Below, one piece after another: positions 38,889 to 48,856 of a DNA stretch of 64,000 nt. Positions within the stretch are counted from its first letter, which is position 1; each line of letters starts with the position of its first letter. The stretch is taken from NCBI GenBank assembly GCA_040770465.1, contig JAXGJB010000005.1, forward strand, positions 38,096 to 102,095, given 5' to 3'. The notes beneath the pieces are model-generated. The model had not been told where the DNA came from and searched no databases. It saw nothing but the letters and a program-made list of their open reading frames with translations. The DNA is from Methanothrix sp. (GTDB lineage: Archaea > Halobacteriota > Methanosarcinia > Methanotrichales > Methanotrichaceae). A program made the translations under genes and the position numbers.

Positions 38889-39424
38889 GGGTTTGTGATC
38901 TCCTGTCGCGATCTTTTTGCCTCCAGATAGAGGTCGCGTCCATAAGAGTCGGTGGCGACGATCATCGGCCCCCAGTCCTCGGCCTCCAGCTCCCAGAGCC
39001 CCTCGGCCATGCCGAGCTCGGGGAGGTGGAGTTTCCTCACCCTGAGGCCGCGGGCGGCGAGGGCTCCGCATCCGCCGGGGTAGGCGAGGTAGGCGGCCTT
39101 ACCCCGGAGGGCTTCAGCCTCCTCGGATATCCCTCCCTTCCCCACGATCAGCTTCGCACCCCTCTCGACGACCTCTTTGGTATACCGGGCGACCCTGCCG
39201 CTGGTGGTGGGGCCGGCGGACAATACCTTGCCGTCCCGGACCAGGGGGCCGCAGTGGTATATGACGGCGCCTTTGAGGTCGACGGGAAGCTCCTCGCCGG
39301 AGCCGAGGAGGGCGTGGACCCGGTCCCGCGCGGTGTAGACCGTCCCGCTGATCCAGACGAGATCTCCGGCCCGGAGGGCCGAGACATTTTCTTCGGATAT
39401 GGGGGTCCTCAGTCTGTGCTCCAT
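38885..39424 (-). CDS. Class I fumarate/tartrate hydratase beta (C-terminal) subunit
   Basis: L.AGD.V.ISG.VYTARD, YHCGP, GPTTS.R, GKGG, ELGMAE. Confidence 0.9.
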   Translation of the reverse strand: MEHRLRTPISEENVSALRAGDLVWISGTVYTARDRVHALLGSGEELPVDLKGAVIYHCGPLVRDGKVLSAGPTTSGRVARYTKEVVERGAKLIVGKGGISEEAEALRGKAAYLAYPGGCGALAARGLRVRKLHLPELGMAEGLWELEAEDWGPMIVATDSYGRDLYLEAKRSRQEITNP

Positions 39425-39440
39425 TTCTCATCCCTCACTT

Positions 39441-40271
39441 TCAGTCTATGCTCCATCCCTCATCCTTCACCGCGGCGGTCGCGCTCCTGTTCGCCCAGCA
39501 CTGGATGTTCACCGCCACCGGCAGCGATGCGGTGTGGCAGTGGGCAGTCTCGATCTTGACCCCCAGGGCCGTCGTATCGCCACCGAGGCCCATGGGGCCG
39601 GGGCCGATCCGGTTGATCTCCGACAAGAGGGCCAGCTCCATCTCCGAGGTGCCGGGCATATTGAATAGCGCCCTTTTGGCGAGCCTCGGGGCGAGGTCGA
39701 AGGTCCCGCCGATTCCAACGCCGACGAAGACGGGGGCGCAGGCTCTGCCGGCCCGGTTTGCCACCTCCCTGGCTACGTAGTCCAGGGGGTCGTCTGCGGG
39801 ATTTTTCATCGCCAGAAAGCTCGCGTTCTCGGAGCCCGCTCCCTTGGGGAAGGCGGTGATGCGAAGCACATTTCCTGGTACGAGATCGATGATCAGGTCT
39901 GGCATCCCCAGACCGGTGTTGTCGCTGGTGTTCTTCCTCGTCAGGGGATCGACGGCGTTGGGCCGGAGGGGGATCTCTGCGGTTGCTCGGCGGACCCCCT
40001 CGGCGATCGCCTCCTCGAGAAAGGGCGGGATCGCGAGGTCGCGACCGATCTCCAGATGGAATACGGGTAGGCCCGTGTCCTGGCATATGGGGACGCCGTC
40101 GGAAGATGCGATCCTGACGTTCTCCACTATCGCCGCAAGCGAGGATCGGGCGATGGAACTCGTCTCCCTCCCTGCGGCCTTTTCGATCAGTTCCATCACC
40201 CAGGACGGCAGGGTCGTCTCTGCCCTCTTCAGGACCGCCACCGTCGCCTCGACCAGGTCCGTCCGCCTCAA
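39441..40271 (-). CDS. Class I fumarate/tartrate hydratase alpha (Fe-S) subunit
   Basis: PICQDTG, LRPN.V, KGAGSEN, G.ACAP, GPMGLGG.TT, CHTASLPV..N.QCWA.R. Confidence 0.92.
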   Translation of the reverse strand: MRRTDLVEATVAVLKRAETTLPSWVMELIEKAAGRETSSIARSSLAAIVENVRIASSDGVPICQDTGLPVFHLEIGRDLAIPPFLEEAIAEGVRRATAEIPLRPNAVDPLTRKNTSDNTGLGMPDLIIDLVPGNVLRITAFPKGAGSENASFLAMKNPADDPLDYVAREVANRAGRACAPVFVGVGIGGTFDLAPRLAKRALFNMPGTSEMELALLSEINRIGPGPMGLGGDTTALGVKIETAHCHTASLPVAVNIQCWANRSATAAVKDEGWSID

Positions 40272-40992
40272 GTCCGACCCTTCCCCCGGATCTTGATCGG
40301 CTTTGACTGGTCAGCGATCTTCAGCTGGGCGTCAAGCCCCAGGGCCCTCTCCATGGCGTACTTGTGAAGGTCGCCGGAGGTGTGAATCCCACCTTCGCCG
40401 CCCCGGACCGCCCTGCAGGGGTACATCTGGCAGAGGAGGCCTGCCCGAGGCGGCGCATCTTCCAGCTTCACCCCGACGACGTCCTTTGCCACGTGCCAGG
40501 TGCTGCCGCAGGGAGAGCCCCTGACCACATCGACTCCGGCGATCCGGCCGCCCTCCACCTTCACCTCGATCTCCGGCCGGCCCAGCTTCTCGGCGAAGGA
40601 GTCCACAGCATCGATGCCGCATTTGTCGAGGGTGCAGCAGATCTCGTCCACCTCGATGTAGATCCCGTAAAGATCTGCGATCTTCTGAAGCTCGGGGACC
40701 GATCCCGCTCTTCCGATCCCGCCGGGGACGATGACTGCCTGGGCTCCACCCTTCCCGGCCCGGATGGCGATCTCCGGGGTGATGTCTGGGTGGAGGGAGT
40801 AGGTGATGATCAGGTCCGAGTGAAGAACTCCGGGTCCAGGCCGAGATCGTCGAGGAACTCCTCGGGGTCCTCGATGAAATCGGGCAACGTTTGGGGAAGG
40901 TCGACGGAGACCACCTCGAAGTCGGTCCTCGTTTTTATCGTCTCGATGAGACGCTCGCCGTACTTGCCCCTGGTGACGACTCCGACTCGCAT
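40268..40992 (-). pseudogene. DUF166 family protein interrupted by a single frameshift near 40820
   Basis: MRVGVVTRGKYGER...DPEFF stops at 40810; a 1-nt shift gives SDLIITYSLHPD...VIVPGG...EICCTL...GRP...RGSPCGSTW...YPCRA open to 40268. Confidence 0.85.
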
Positions 40993-41178
40993 GTTCGTTT
41001 CATGGCGAGGGATGGTTATAGAGTTTGTCTCGGAGTCGGTCTCCGCCTCCATCAAGCTCGAATTCTCTTCGTCCATCTCGACTTACTCCACCTGCTGAGG
41101 GGATCGGTGATATCACGTCACTGGGACCCATAGAACTCATGATTCGAATGAAAATCGGATTGACAACTATCCTCGCCT

Positions 41179-42579
41179 TTATGTCATCAATCCGAGTTCT
41201 AGGGCCTTGGCGTAGGCTGCATTGGCTTCAGATGTTCTGCCAAGGGCTTCGAGAGCGATGCACTTGCCATACCAAGCCGGGGCAAATTCGGGATCGAGCC
41301 TGATAGCCTCGTCACAGGCCTGGATCGCCTCAGTGTAGTTGCCCTGGTAATAGAGAGCGATTCCCTTGCCATACCAAGCCGTGGCAAGATTGGGATCTAG
41401 CCTGATAGCTTCATCAAACGCCTGGATCGCCTCGCCGTACTCGCCCTTCTGTCCGAGAATAATGCCTTTATTATTCCAGGCACCTGCGTTCTCTGGATCT
41501 AGCCTGATAGCTTCTTCATATGCCTGTATAGCCTCGTCGTCTCTACTTAGACTGCCAAGAGCTACGCCTTTGTTATACCAGTTGATGGCTAGATCGGGAT
41601 TGAGCCTGATGGCCTCATCGTAAGCCTGGATCGCCTCATCGTACTTACTCATATTCATGAGAGCGGTACCCTTGTTAGACCAGGACGCGACGTCCTCAGG
41701 ATCAATCCTGATGGCTTCCTCGTAAGCCTGGATGGCCCCAGTGTAGTTGCCCTGCATCCCGAGAGCATTGCCTTTGTTATACCAGGCGGCTTTATTCTTA
41801 GGATCGATCCTGATGGCCTCGTTGTAAGCCTGAATGGCCCCGGCGTAGTTGCCTTGCATCTCTATGGCAAGACCTTTGATTGTCCAGGCATCGGCATATT
41901 CAGGATCGAGCCTGATAGCCTCGTCACATGCTTGGATCGCCTCAGTGCAGTTGCCCATGTAATAAAGAGACCTTCCTTGGTTATACCAAGCATCCACAAA
42001 CTCTGGATCTAGCCTGACGGCTTCTTCGTAAGCCTGGATCGCTTGGTTGTATTTGCCTTGATTTGCGAGAGCATTGCCTTTGTTATTCCAAGCTTCGGCA
42101 TCATCAGGATTTAGCCGTATAGCTTCATCGTAAGCCAGGATAGCCTCGTCGTACTTGCCCTGATCTGCGAGAGCAATGCCTTTATTATACCAGGCCCCGG
42201 CAAAATCAGGATCTAACCTGATGGCCTCATCGCAAGCTAGGATGGCTTCGCCAAAGTTGCCTTTTCTACGGAGGGCTTCACCCTTATTATTCCAGGCATA
42301 AGCATTCTCAGGATCAACCCTGATAGCTTCATCAAACGCCTGGATCGCCTCGTCGTACTCGCCCTTATCCAAGAGAACGGCGCCTTTGTTAGTCCAAGCA
42401 TCGGCGCTCTCAGGATCTAGCCTGATGGCTTCGTCATATGCTTGGATCGCCTCGTCGTACTCGCCCTGCATTCCGAGAGCGATGCCTTCTTCTACCCATT
42501 CCTCAGCCGTCTCCTGGCCAAATGCAGGCATCGCCAACGCCGCCAGCGCCAGCACGCACAAATTCAGTTTCAGACTCAT
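41179..42579 (-). CDS. Secreted TPR-repeat protein (about 13 repeats)
   Basis: Signal MSLKLNLCVLALAALAMPAFG, then W.NKG.AL..QG.Y.EAIQAYDEAIRLDP repeats. Confidence 0.92.
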   Translation of the reverse strand: MSLKLNLCVLALAALAMPAFGQETAEEWVEEGIALGMQGEYDEAIQAYDEAIRLDPESADAWTNKGAVLLDKGEYDEAIQAFDEAIRVDPENAYAWNNKGEALRRKGNFGEAILACDEAIRLDPDFAGAWYNKGIALADQGKYDEAILAYDEAIRLNPDDAEAWNNKGNALANQGKYNQAIQAYEEAVRLDPEFVDAWYNQGRSLYYMGNCTEAIQACDEAIRLDPEYADAWTIKGLAIEMQGNYAGAIQAYNEAIRIDPKNKAAWYNKGNALGMQGNYTGAIQAYEEAIRIDPEDVASWSNKGTALMNMSKYDEAIQAYDEAIRLNPDLAINWYNKGVALGSLSRDDEAIQAYEEAIRLDPENAGAWNNKGIILGQKGEYGEAIQAFDEAIRLDPNLATAWYGKGIALYYQGNYTEAIQACDEAIRLDPEFAPAWYGKCIALEALGRTSEANAAYAKALELGLMT

Positions 42580-42814
42580 CTCATCGCCCTCTCTGAGATT
42601 GATACTGTCACTAACCATGAAAAATGTTTCGGCGAGTCTCCACAGGACCAACGACTCCGCCGTGGATAGCCGTCCTCAGATGCCTGGTCTCCCATCTGGA
42701 GCGGGGTTTTTAATTCGCGCTCTTTCGTTCACCGTCTCGGTTTCTATCTCGCTCTCCCGTCTTGGCGTCTGTCTTCGGAGAAAGTACAATTACCTTGAAT
42801 CCGATTGTAGGATC

Positions 42815-44149
42815 ATGATACCTTGCGTCCTGGTGGCGGGAACCCACAGCAGCGTCGGAAAGACCACGGTGGTTCTGGGGCTCCTCGCAGCCCTCAAGAG
42901 GCGGGGGCTCAAAGTCCAGCCCTTCAAGGTGGGGCCCGACTTCATCGATCCGACTCACCATACCGCCATTTGTGAGAGGCCCTCTCGGAACCTGGACACC
43001 TTCATGATGGGCGAGGAGGGGGTCAGGCGGTCCTTCGCCCGGGGGGTCGAGGGAGCGGACGTCGCAGTCATCGAGGGGGTGATGGGGCTCTACGACGGCC
43101 TCGACGCCTCGGACGTCGCCAGCTCCGCCTCCGTGGCGAAGGTCCTCAAGGCCCCGGTCCTTCTGGTCATAAACGTCCACGGCACCTCTCGGAGCGCCGC
43201 GGCCATGGCCCTCGGTTACGCTCGATTCGACCCCGAGGTGGTGATCTCGGGGCTGGTCTTAAACGGGGTGGGAAGCGAGCGCCATCTCGGCCTCCTGAAA
43301 GAGGCGCTCGCGCCCCTGGATATCCCCATCCTCGCCGCCCTCCCGAGGAAGGGGGAGATCTCCCTTCCGAGCCGCCACCTGGGTTTGACGATGGGGTTTG
43401 AAGGCCATCACGATCTTGACGCCTTGGCCGACTTCGTCGAGGAGAACTCCGACCTCGATGAGATCCTGAAACTGGGATGCGATGTCCCATCTGCAGAAGA
43501 GCCTCCTGATTTCGATGGAGAGAGGATCAGGATCGGGGTCGCATACGACGAGGCCTTCTGCTTCTACTACGCGGAGAACTTCGAGCTTCTCCGGCGTCTG
43601 GGGGCGGACCTCCAGTTCTTCAGCCCGATGAGAGACCCGCTCCCCGAGGTCGACGGCCTGTACCTCGGCGGCGGCTACCCGGAGCTTTACGCCTGCGAGC
43701 TGGAGGGGTCGCCGACGCGGATCGAGATCAGAAGGGCCGCCGAGGATGGGATGCCGATCTACGGCGAGTGCGGCGGGCTGATGTACCTCTGCGAGTCGGT
43801 GGTTTCGAAGGACGGGGACGCGGAGAATAAGATGGTGGGAGTCCTCCCCGCAACCATCACCATGACCGGGAGGCTCCAGGCGCTGGGGTACGTCGAGGGG
43901 GACGTGATCTCCGAAAACCCCGTCGTCGAGAAGGGGACGGTCATCAGGGGGCACGAGTTTCACTACTCGAAGATGGACTGTGCTCAAGACGCCCGGTTCG
44001 CCTACCGGTTCCGGCGCGGGAAGGGGATCGTCGAGGACAAGGACGGCCTCATGGAGCACGAGACTCTGGGAAGCTACCTCCACACCCACGTCTGCTCGTT
44101 TCCCATGGGGAGGTTCGTCGATAGCTGCAGAAAGTATGGGAGGAGATGA
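42815..44149 (+). CDS. cbiA: Cobyrinate a,c-diamide synthase (CbiA; CfbB paralogue not excluded)
   Basis: S.VGKTT, FKVGPDFID, IEGVMGLYDG, SRHLGL, AF.FYY, GGGYPE, GECGG.MYL, GHEFHYS; ATG at 42815. Confidence 0.88.
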   Translation: MIPCVLVAGTHSSVGKTTVVLGLLAALKRRGLKVQPFKVGPDFIDPTHHTAICERPSRNLDTFMMGEEGVRRSFARGVEGADVAVIEGVMGLYDGLDASDVASSASVAKVLKAPVLLVINVHGTSRSAAAMALGYARFDPEVVISGLVLNGVGSERHLGLLKEALAPLDIPILAALPRKGEISLPSRHLGLTMGFEGHHDLDALADFVEENSDLDEILKLGCDVPSAEEPPDFDGERIRIGVAYDEAFCFYYAENFELLRRLGADLQFFSPMRDPLPEVDGLYLGGGYPELYACELEGSPTRIEIRRAAEDGMPIYGECGGLMYLCESVVSKDGDAENKMVGVLPATITMTGRLQALGYVEGDVISENPVVEKGTVIRGHEFHYSKMDCAQDARFAYRFRRGKGIVEDKDGLMEHETLGSYLHTHVCSFPMGRFVDSCRKYGRR

Positions 44150-44383
44150 TCTGCAACGACTGGGTGATCTGGAGAGATACGATAAAACAATAAGGTGAGA
44201 AAAAGGGATTGAGAAAGGGATGGGGAAAACCCCGGCATTTCGGCATTCTCGGCGACTTCGGAGAGATATATCCTTCATCGGCCTTTCGGCCGGCTTCCTT
44301 CTTCAGGAGACGATCTCATCCCCGGCTTATTCTTCCGATTTCGTCAAGGATTACTCCGATCTCTCTCCTTCCGCCAGTCTCCC

Positions 44384-44926
44384 TTAAGGCTTTAGCTCTT
44401 CTTGTTCTTCCTCTTGTTCTTCCTCTTCCACTTCTTCTACTTCGCCATCCCCTTCTTCCCGTTCAGCTGTTTTGGCGCCGAAGTAGAAGCCGACGGCGAT
44501 TCCCACCAGCTGAATGTAGGCGATCACGATCTCCCTGCCGATTCCGATCTCTTCCCCCATTACAATCGAGAATAGGGCAAGGATGGTGAAAGCGAGAACC
44601 AGCGATCCGGCCACTGCCCTCCTCAGCTCTCCTTTGCTCAGGGTCTGGTCGGCCAGGCATCCCAGAAAGATCAGGAAAAGGAAGACGAAGGCCACGAAGG
44701 CGATCCCCACCCAGGCATCGGCGATGGTGAGCCTCGAACCCAGAATCTCTGTAACGTTGACGGACTGGTTCAGCTTGACGGATGTCTCCAAATACTCAAG
44801 GGCAAGATCCTGCTTGCTTTTTATCGCAGTTGTCGTGATCCATCCCAGGAGGATCACGACCAAGGCGAACATCAGCGTTACTATTAGCGGGCCACTGCCG
44901 TTGCATCTGTCGCCACTCATTTTCAT
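44384..44926 (-). CDS. Membrane protein with 4 TM helices and acidic tail
   Basis: Hydrophobic segments, GELRRAVA and GFYFG motifs, poly-Glu C-terminus. Confidence 0.65.
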   Translation of the reverse strand: MKMSGDRCNGSGPLIVTLMFALVVILLGWITTTAIKSKQDLALEYLETSVKLNQSVNVTEILGSRLTIADAWVGIAFVAFVFLFLIFLGCLADQTLSKGELRRAVAGSLVLAFTILALFSIVMGEEIGIGREIVIAYIQLVGIAVGFYFGAKTAEREEGDGEVEEVEEEEQEEEQEELKP

Positions 44927-45325
44927 AACATCTCTCCCTCCGGCTTTTGGAATTATTCAATCTCATTTCTAGATCATTAATCTTCCGATATAAATTTTCG
45001 GTGTATATTATATTGATATTATTTTGAGATGAGACGTATCTTTACATAGAAGGGTAGAATAAGGGCGAAAAGGGCGAAATCTTTTTTAAGAATCGAATAA
45101 CTGAAACAAAGACGTCCATGACCGAAACCGCCAATTATTGCCTCAAATACGATCTTTCAAAGTCCAGCAGGAGCATTCGCTGATACTCTCGGCGATCGAA
45201 CGGATTCATCGTTTGTGAAATATCATCGTCGGGTCTTATCGGGATTAACAATGAGGATATGTTGATAGATTCGAGGTATCCAACGCCAGAAAATCTGTTC
45301 TTGATGGGAACCGGAGGTATCTAAA

Positions 45326-45464
45326 ATGAAAGTCGTCGCATTCAACTGGAGTGCCTGAAGTGACGGAAACGCCGCCGTCCTCGCGGAGAAGGGTGGCTGA
45401 AGTGCTGGAGAAAATAAGAGGATTGAGACCGAGCAGGTGCAGCTCGCTGGGAAGATATTGGGGA
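45326..45464 (+). pseudogene. Decayed 5' copy of the iron-sulfur flavoprotein gene at 48857
   Basis: GGAGG then ATG AAA GTC GTC GCA TTC AAC TGG AGT GCC TGA, colinear with 48857-48995 but with stops and frameshifts. Confidence 0.85.
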
Positions 45465-45509
45465 CTCGCGGGCTCAAGGCCCTGAGTCCCTGATATCATT
45501 CAAACGACC

Positions 45510-48386
45510 TCATACCGTGAAGGTTGTCACGTCCTGGTCGTCACCCACCTCGTTGATTGTGCCGCTGTACGTCTTTGCCTGTCCTTTAACAACCGTCCTG
45601 ACCGTCCACGCCACCGGTCCGACGTCGCTGCAGTCAGAGTAATAGTTCACCCAGACCCTGTAGGTGCCGCTCGGAGCGCCGTTTTCAGGCCAGAAGATGT
45701 TCTCAGCCCTGCCCATCTCGAAGTTGCTGCACCGGTTGTCTCGATCGAGCTGGCCGCCGGATGGCACCGAATCATATTGGTATGATACAGTGTCTCCGTT
45801 CGGGTCCTGAACGTACAGATCGATGTCCGCATAGGAGTGCCATGTCAAAGTGACCTGGACATCACCGGTACCAACCGCAGTGTCCTTCACCCTCGATCCG
45901 CAGGGATAGCCTCCTGGAGTGCAGGTCAAGCTCGAATCAGAGAGTTCTCCCCACTCGTCGAAGCGCAGAGTTTCACCGGGATTAACCCTGTACTGCTGCG
46001 CTGGCATGGATCTCGCATGGTAGCATGGGGAGTATAAGGGATTGTGGTTGACTTCAGACTCGAAGAGGAACCGGACCAGTGTGTAGGTCCCGGCAGGCAC
46101 CCAATATCTGATCGTTGTAGGTTCTGCGCTGTATGGATGGTAGTCGCTTGCAAGGATCGTCCATTCTGTCGGCGGAGTCCAGGAGCCCCATATAGAAGGA
46201 TTGTCCAGAACCGCGCCCTGGATGCAGATGCCGTTCTCGGTGTGGACTGGCAGTCTCCGGCAGTTCTCCTCGCCCTGGCACTCTCCGTAGCTGCCGCTCT
46301 CGTACTGGTGGGTGTTCACGATCTCGATCCAGCCGCCGTTCGCGCGGTTCCAGGCCTCAGGATCTGCTGACCCGCTGAGGCCGAAGATGCTGTAGGGTGA
46401 GAAGTGATAGGTCCTTATAGTCACCGTTCTTGCTACAGGATCGACGACTCCGGGGATCATCTCCCACTGATTGGATGTCGCGTTGAATGTGGTGACGCCG
46501 ATGACACTGCTCGGATCGACATCTGAAGGTATGGGCAGTATAACCTCGACAGGGGTGTCAAAGGTGAATCCCTCGGGACCTAGCTGGTAGACCGAGCCCA
46601 ATGGGACGAACTCACCCTGCAGCACCGGCGTCTTGGTCGAGTCCTGCTCGATGCTGAAGACCATGGTACCTGCGCTACCGTCCGCGTTTCGCGGAACGGC
46701 TCCGGCCGGAACGCTGATCCTCGCACCCTCCGTGGTACTGACGGTCCCAGGTTCAGTGCTGGTTATGGACGATGAGCTACTTGTCGATGTGCTGGAGGTC
46801 ACAGTGACTGCGCCGGTTCCACTCGTTGTCCCAACGGTTGTTCCGACAGATCCGGGACTTGCCATCGGATAGCGGTCAATGCTGGTGCCGCCTTCGATCA
46901 AGTAAGACATTTCGCAGATGCCGTCGCCATCACTATCCGTGCAGTCCAGGTCGCTGTAGTAGTTGCCCACCGATCCGTCGTCCCACAGGTTGGGATCTGA
47001 GTAAGCACTGTCGAAGTCGTCGTAGGCATTGCTGTAACTGTTCTCAATCATGCTGTTCTTGAAGATCTTGTTGTCAGATGAATCCAAGAGATATATACCA
47101 CAATCACAATCTTCAACAGTGTTCCCCGTGAGGGTATTCCTGGTCGATTTGAAGAGCATTATACCGTCGCTATAGGATCTGCTGACCTTGTTGTTGGTGA
47201 TGTTGTTTCTATCGCAGTCGCTCAGCAGATATATGCCATGATTATCACAGTCCTCAATAGTGTTCCCCTCGAGGTCATTCCTGGACGAATCGTAGAGCAG
47301 TATACCGTTCTCGCAGTTCTCGATCACGTTGTCTTGGATGGTGTTCCCGTCCGATCCTACATCGATTCCGGCCATTACAATACCTGCCGCGTTCTTGACA
47401 GCGAATCCTTCAATAGTGATGCCGTCGGCCGATAATGTTATGGCGCTCCCGTCATCGCCCGCATCCACAACCGGATAGCCGATGCCACGAAGGGTCAGGC
47501 GTTTGTTAACAACAACATTCTCATAGTAGGTCCCGCTCTGGACCTCGATGTTTGCTCCTTCGGCTGCCGTGTCGATGGCATCCTGGATGCTCTCGCCGGG
47601 TCTAACGGTGATCGTGCCGGCGACGGTACCGGTAGTGGCCCCATTTGTTGTGCCGATGACCGAATCTGTATGGCCGGAGGCCCCGGTCTCGCCGATATCC
47701 CAGACATTAAGGTTGTCGAAGCTGGCCACAAGGCCACCGGACTCTTCAGTCTCGGCCAGGATGCTTATCTCTCCTGAAGTTAAGCTGCTGTCGCCACAGG
47801 TTCCAAGCAGAATTTCGTTCGCGTATAGAGTGAACTCGTCTCCGTCACAGACCACCTTCAGGACGTTCTTTGCATTGCCGGTGTTCAATGCACTGGACTC
47901 ATGCCAATTGATCAAGATAGTCCACTCATCATTCTGATACTTCCAGAAGGAGAACATGCCGTTAGTTGCGATAAGGAATCTGTAAAAGTCTCCATCGTTG
48001 TCTCGAAGGTCCAGGCCCAGCTGACAGGTATCCTGGCACTCCTCGGCGGCGACTTCCACCTCGGCCACAAAGTTGCTGAAGATCAGGTCGCCCGGAATAT
48101 ATGCGAAAGATACCATGTACGGCTCATTGACCGTTATTTTATACACTCCAGCCTCGTATGCGAAGGATTCCTCTGCAGTCGAGCTTCTCTTCCAGCCGCT
48201 AGTTTTGTCGGAGAAGTCATCTGAGTACGCAAGCGTACCTGACGGGAACTCCGAAGATTGAACTGAAAGCTGCAGGTCCTGTTCCGATCCCGATGACGAA
48301 TCTGCGGCAAGAACCACGAGCGAGCAGCTCAGAGCCGCGATAATCACTAAGATGGCAAGATATGCTCGACACATTGATTTTATCAT
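45510..48386 (-). CDS. Large secreted modular protein: ConA/DUF1080-like domain, NosD/CASH beta-helix, Thr/Ser linker, ZU5-like domain, YfaP/DUF2135-like C-terminus
   Basis: Signal after ATG 48386; YSDDFS..SGW...N.LKV.C.G..F..YAN; SIQDAID...GTYYENVVV.K.L.L.G; WD.GS.GNYYSD; YQLGPEG.TF..PV...HFSPY; VQVTLTW..ADIDLYV.DP.G...G.LDRD...ENIFW. Confidence 0.78.
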   Translation of the reverse strand: MIKSMCRAYLAILVIIAALSCSLVVLAADSSSGSEQDLQLSVQSSEFPSGTLAYSDDFSDKTSGWKRSSTAEESFAYEAGVYKITVNEPYMVSFAYIPGDLIFSNFVAEVEVAAEECQDTCQLGLDLRDNDGDFYRFLIATNGMFSFWKYQNDEWTILINWHESSALNTGNAKNVLKVVCDGDEFTLYANEILLGTCGDSSLTSGEISILAETEESGGLVASFDNLNVWDIGETGASGHTDSVIGTTNGATTGTVAGTITVRPGESIQDAIDTAAEGANIEVQSGTYYENVVVNKRLTLRGIGYPVVDAGDDGSAITLSADGITIEGFAVKNAAGIVMAGIDVGSDGNTIQDNVIENCENGILLYDSSRNDLEGNTIEDCDNHGIYLLSDCDRNNITNNKVSRSYSDGIMLFKSTRNTLTGNTVEDCDCGIYLLDSSDNKIFKNSMIENSYSNAYDDFDSAYSDPNLWDDGSVGNYYSDLDCTDSDGDGICEMSYLIEGGTSIDRYPMASPGSVGTTVGTTSGTGAVTVTSSTSTSSSSSITSTEPGTVSTTEGARISVPAGAVPRNADGSAGTMVFSIEQDSTKTPVLQGEFVPLGSVYQLGPEGFTFDTPVEVILPIPSDVDPSSVIGVTTFNATSNQWEMIPGVVDPVARTVTIRTYHFSPYSIFGLSGSADPEAWNRANGGWIEIVNTHQYESGSYGECQGEENCRRLPVHTENGICIQGAVLDNPSIWGSWTPPTEWTILASDYHPYSAEPTTIRYWVPAGTYTLVRFLFESEVNHNPLYSPCYHARSMPAQQYRVNPGETLRFDEWGELSDSSLTCTPGGYPCGSRVKDTAVGTGDVQVTLTWHSYADIDLYVQDPNGDTVSYQYDSVPSGGQLDRDNRCSNFEMGRAENIFWPENGAPSGTYRVWVNYYSDCSDVGPVAWTVRTVVKGQAKTYSGTINEVGDDQDVTTFTV

Positions 48387-48513
48387 GTCAATCGAACCTC
48401 CTTTATCGCTCCCACCAGCCACTATTTTGATGGATGGCGGCGGCAGAATAAAACCCCCGTCTGACTGCAAGGGCTGGCGAATCAGTCCCGAAAAAATGAT
48501 CACGGAATCTATA

Positions 48514-48550
48514 AAAGGATATCTAAAGAAAGGATCTCTAAAGGATATCT
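48514..48550. repeat. Three direct repeats AAAGGAT(A/C)TCT in the divergent promoter region
   Basis: Copies at 48514-48524, 48529-48539 and 48540-48550. Confidence 0.7.
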
Positions 48551-48856
48551 CAAAAAATGTTTAAACTTAGAACTCGAAGTTTCCTTCTAGGGATTCTGAG
48601 CGGTCCTGCACCGGGGCTTCATGTGAACAACTTCGCCCCGATCCTCCCTGCGATATCGCCGATGCTCATCGATCTGGGCCTTGCTCCCCGCCACATCGCC
48701 TTGATCCAGCATCTCGCAGGTAGCCTTTTAAACCTGAAACATTTTTAGCATCTTCTATGATTTGGGCATTTCAGAAGCCATCAATGAGGCAATGCCCGAA
48801 TATCGAAGGCAAAGCCAGGACGTTGATAACTGGACCGAAATCTGGAGGGATTAAAA

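Noticed and set aside
45350-45380. In-frame TGA codons in the Isf duplicate, considered as selenocysteine recoding
   Set aside because: They are accompanied by frameshifts and truncation, and the first TGA replaces an Arg (CGA) codon, consistent with decay
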